Positions 62,031 through 64,000 of a stretch of DNA of 64,000 nucleotides are shown in pieces (the first letter of the stretch is position 1; each line of letters opens with the position of its first letter). Below the pieces are notes generated by a model. That model was not told where the DNA came from. It made no database searches and was given only the letters and a program-made list of their open reading frames with translations. A program made the translations under genes and the position numbers. Source of the stretch: Oopsacas minuta (Eukaryota; Animalia; Porifera); assembly GCA_024704765.1 (NCBI GenBank), contig JAKMXF010000319.1:124001-188000 (forward strand), in the 5' to 3' direction.

Positions 62031-63731
62031 ATGTCACTACTAGTACGTTCACTGTCTCGTTTCAGACTCTTACGTACGCAACTACGATTCAATTCGACAC
62101 AGAGATTCAAGCAAGCTCTCCTCAACAACCCTGAAACACAGGTAACAACACTATCCAATGGTTTACGTGTAGCTACCGAAAATACTGGTCTTCAAACGGC
62201 CACGGTGGGTCTGTATATAGATGCCGGTAGTCGCTGGGAGACTGAGAGTACGAACGGCACTGCGCATTTTCTAGAACACATGATATTTAAAGGCACAAAA
62301 AACCGTACACAGCAACAATTAGAACTGGAAATCGAGAACATGGGAGCGCATTTGAACGCGTACACATCTCGCGAACACACCGTTTATTTCACCAAATCTC
62401 TCAGTGTAGACATCCCTCATTGTCTAGACATACTCTCTGATATATTGACAAATCCCTTACTCCCTGAAGCAGCAGTAGAGCGTGAGAGAGACGTGATACT
62501 ACGTGAAATGGAGGAGGTAGAGAAAAATGTGGAGGAGGTTATATTTGATTATCTACACCAAACAGCGTACCAAGGCACCCCACTGGCATACAGTATACTC
62601 GGTCCTACTAAGAATATTCGCGGAATAACTCGATCAGACCTGATACGCTATATAACCACACACTACCACCCTGCTCGTATAGTATTAGCCGGTGCTGGAG
62701 GGGTAGACCACGATCAGCTGGTTAAGTTGGGTGAGAAGCATTTTAGTGGGCTGGGTCGGACTATGGATGTTGATTCTTTTCCTGAGTTAGAACCAGCTTT
62801 CTATGTTGGTTCAGAAGTTAGGGTTAGAGATGATGCTATGCCTGCAGCTCATGTTGTGCTAGGTAAGATTGTTTAGTTTTACTGCTTAATCTGTTGTGGA
62901 TGCAGTTCAAACGTAAGCAGGAGCGGTTCCAGGATCTGGCTTATCCAGGGAAGGCCAGGTCCAATATTTTCAAACTACGGGCAAAAATTTATTGCATAAT
63001 AGGTAGTGTTGGTCCGATGACTGGACGTGACCAGGATTTTCAAACCCGGGGTAAATGGCCCGTTTGCCCCCTCCCCCCCTTGGTACCGCCACGAAATATA
63101 AACAAGGTGGTACTGCCATGGTATATAAATTACAAAACTTGACAATGGGAAGGATTGTCTAATTACAGTGTTTTTCTGTCGTAATTTTGAACGAGTGTTG
63201 CGAGACTAAGAACTTTGTCCAAGCAGGGCCGTAGGAGCACAATTTTTCAAGCAATTAACATTTTAGCTTTCTAGTTATTTGCTTTTAAGTATTACATACC
63301 TGCCAACCTGAATGGAGAAATGAGCGGGACGTAAAGTGCTAATTTATCCAGACATCGTGGAACGTAGCATATTTGTATTAGGCTGGACTCCAAAAAAGCA
63401 GGATAGTTAAGGTTTTTGGCACGTTTTGGCGGGACATTAGCCTAAATAGCCCTCAACATATGTTCAAAAACGCGGGACTTCCCGCCAAAACGGGACTTTT
63501 GGCAAGTATGGTATTAGTCTTATTCAAACCGCTAACAACCTGTTCTCAAATTAGATATATACGGTAGAACACAAATATAGTTAAGGTCCCACTGCCATGG
63601 CCCCCGGGGAAATGCCCCGCTTTTTCATAGTTCCTGATTAATATTGATATTATACAATTATGTAGGTGTAGAGGGAGTTGGTTGGAGTCATCCTGATTAT
63701 TTGCCTCTGATGATTATTGCTTCTCTTATTG
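62031..63731 (+). CDS. PMPCB: Mitochondrial processing peptidase beta subunit, partial: exons 62031-62862 and 63666-63731, continuing beyond the window
   Basis: Arg-rich presequence; [13 protein letters not shown]; HFLEH zinc motif; [12 protein letters not shown]; exon 2 [17 protein letters not shown]. Confidence 0.93.
63295..63510. mobile_element. TIR MITE of unassigned superfamily in PMPCB intron 1
   Basis: Ends CATACCTGCCAA / TTGGCAAGTATG; 6-bp direct repeat gtatta on both sides; related end at ~54605-54640. Confidence 0.55.
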
Positions 63732-64000
63732 GTGAGTTATATTTATTTGTTAGTTTAGCTCCTATAAGGAGATGTCCTAATGGTATGGACAGTGTGTAAT
63801 ATCCTTCTGTCCCTACTTCCGCACGATTTTGCGGAATCTAATAGTTAACTTTTGGAATTCGCAGGATTGGTAGTTACAAAAAGATGTCACACACACACTG
63901 GTTGCGCATACGGATGGACGAACATAACACATATTCCATCGTCCATTACAGTAATGCATCCCTATTGGAGCTAAAAACTTAATTAGTACTACATAACGAT

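Overview
AT-rich, gene-dense eukaryotic DNA with GT-AG introns, many short MITEs and several long intronless genes. Gene content suggests an early-branching animal, plausibly a (glass) sponge; this is inference. In order: a transmembrane semaphorin (Sema-PSI-3xFN3-TM) missing from the ORF track because it runs off the window start; a 2-exon single-pass adaptor-like protein rich in tyrosine motifs; Rab GDI; a 7-exon 6-phosphogluconate dehydrogenase with a nested antisense Shisa/WBP1-like gene; cathepsin L paralog 1; a ~1,750-aa chimera of MACPF, a TcA-toxin-like helical/C-terminal region and a TULIP/P47-like domain, with a reading-frame break; a 45-aa KKxx microprotein candidate; a 15-bp minisatellite; a type-B carboxylesterase; cathepsin L paralog 2 (inverted); a divergent actin; a TRAF-like gene; a PDI with one dead active site; DRAM/TMEM150; ABCC4-like; and the 5' part of MPP-beta. 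The best novelty candidate is the MACPF/Tc-like/TULIP gene at 24608-30274. Domain calls come from recognising motifs by eye, not from database searches.
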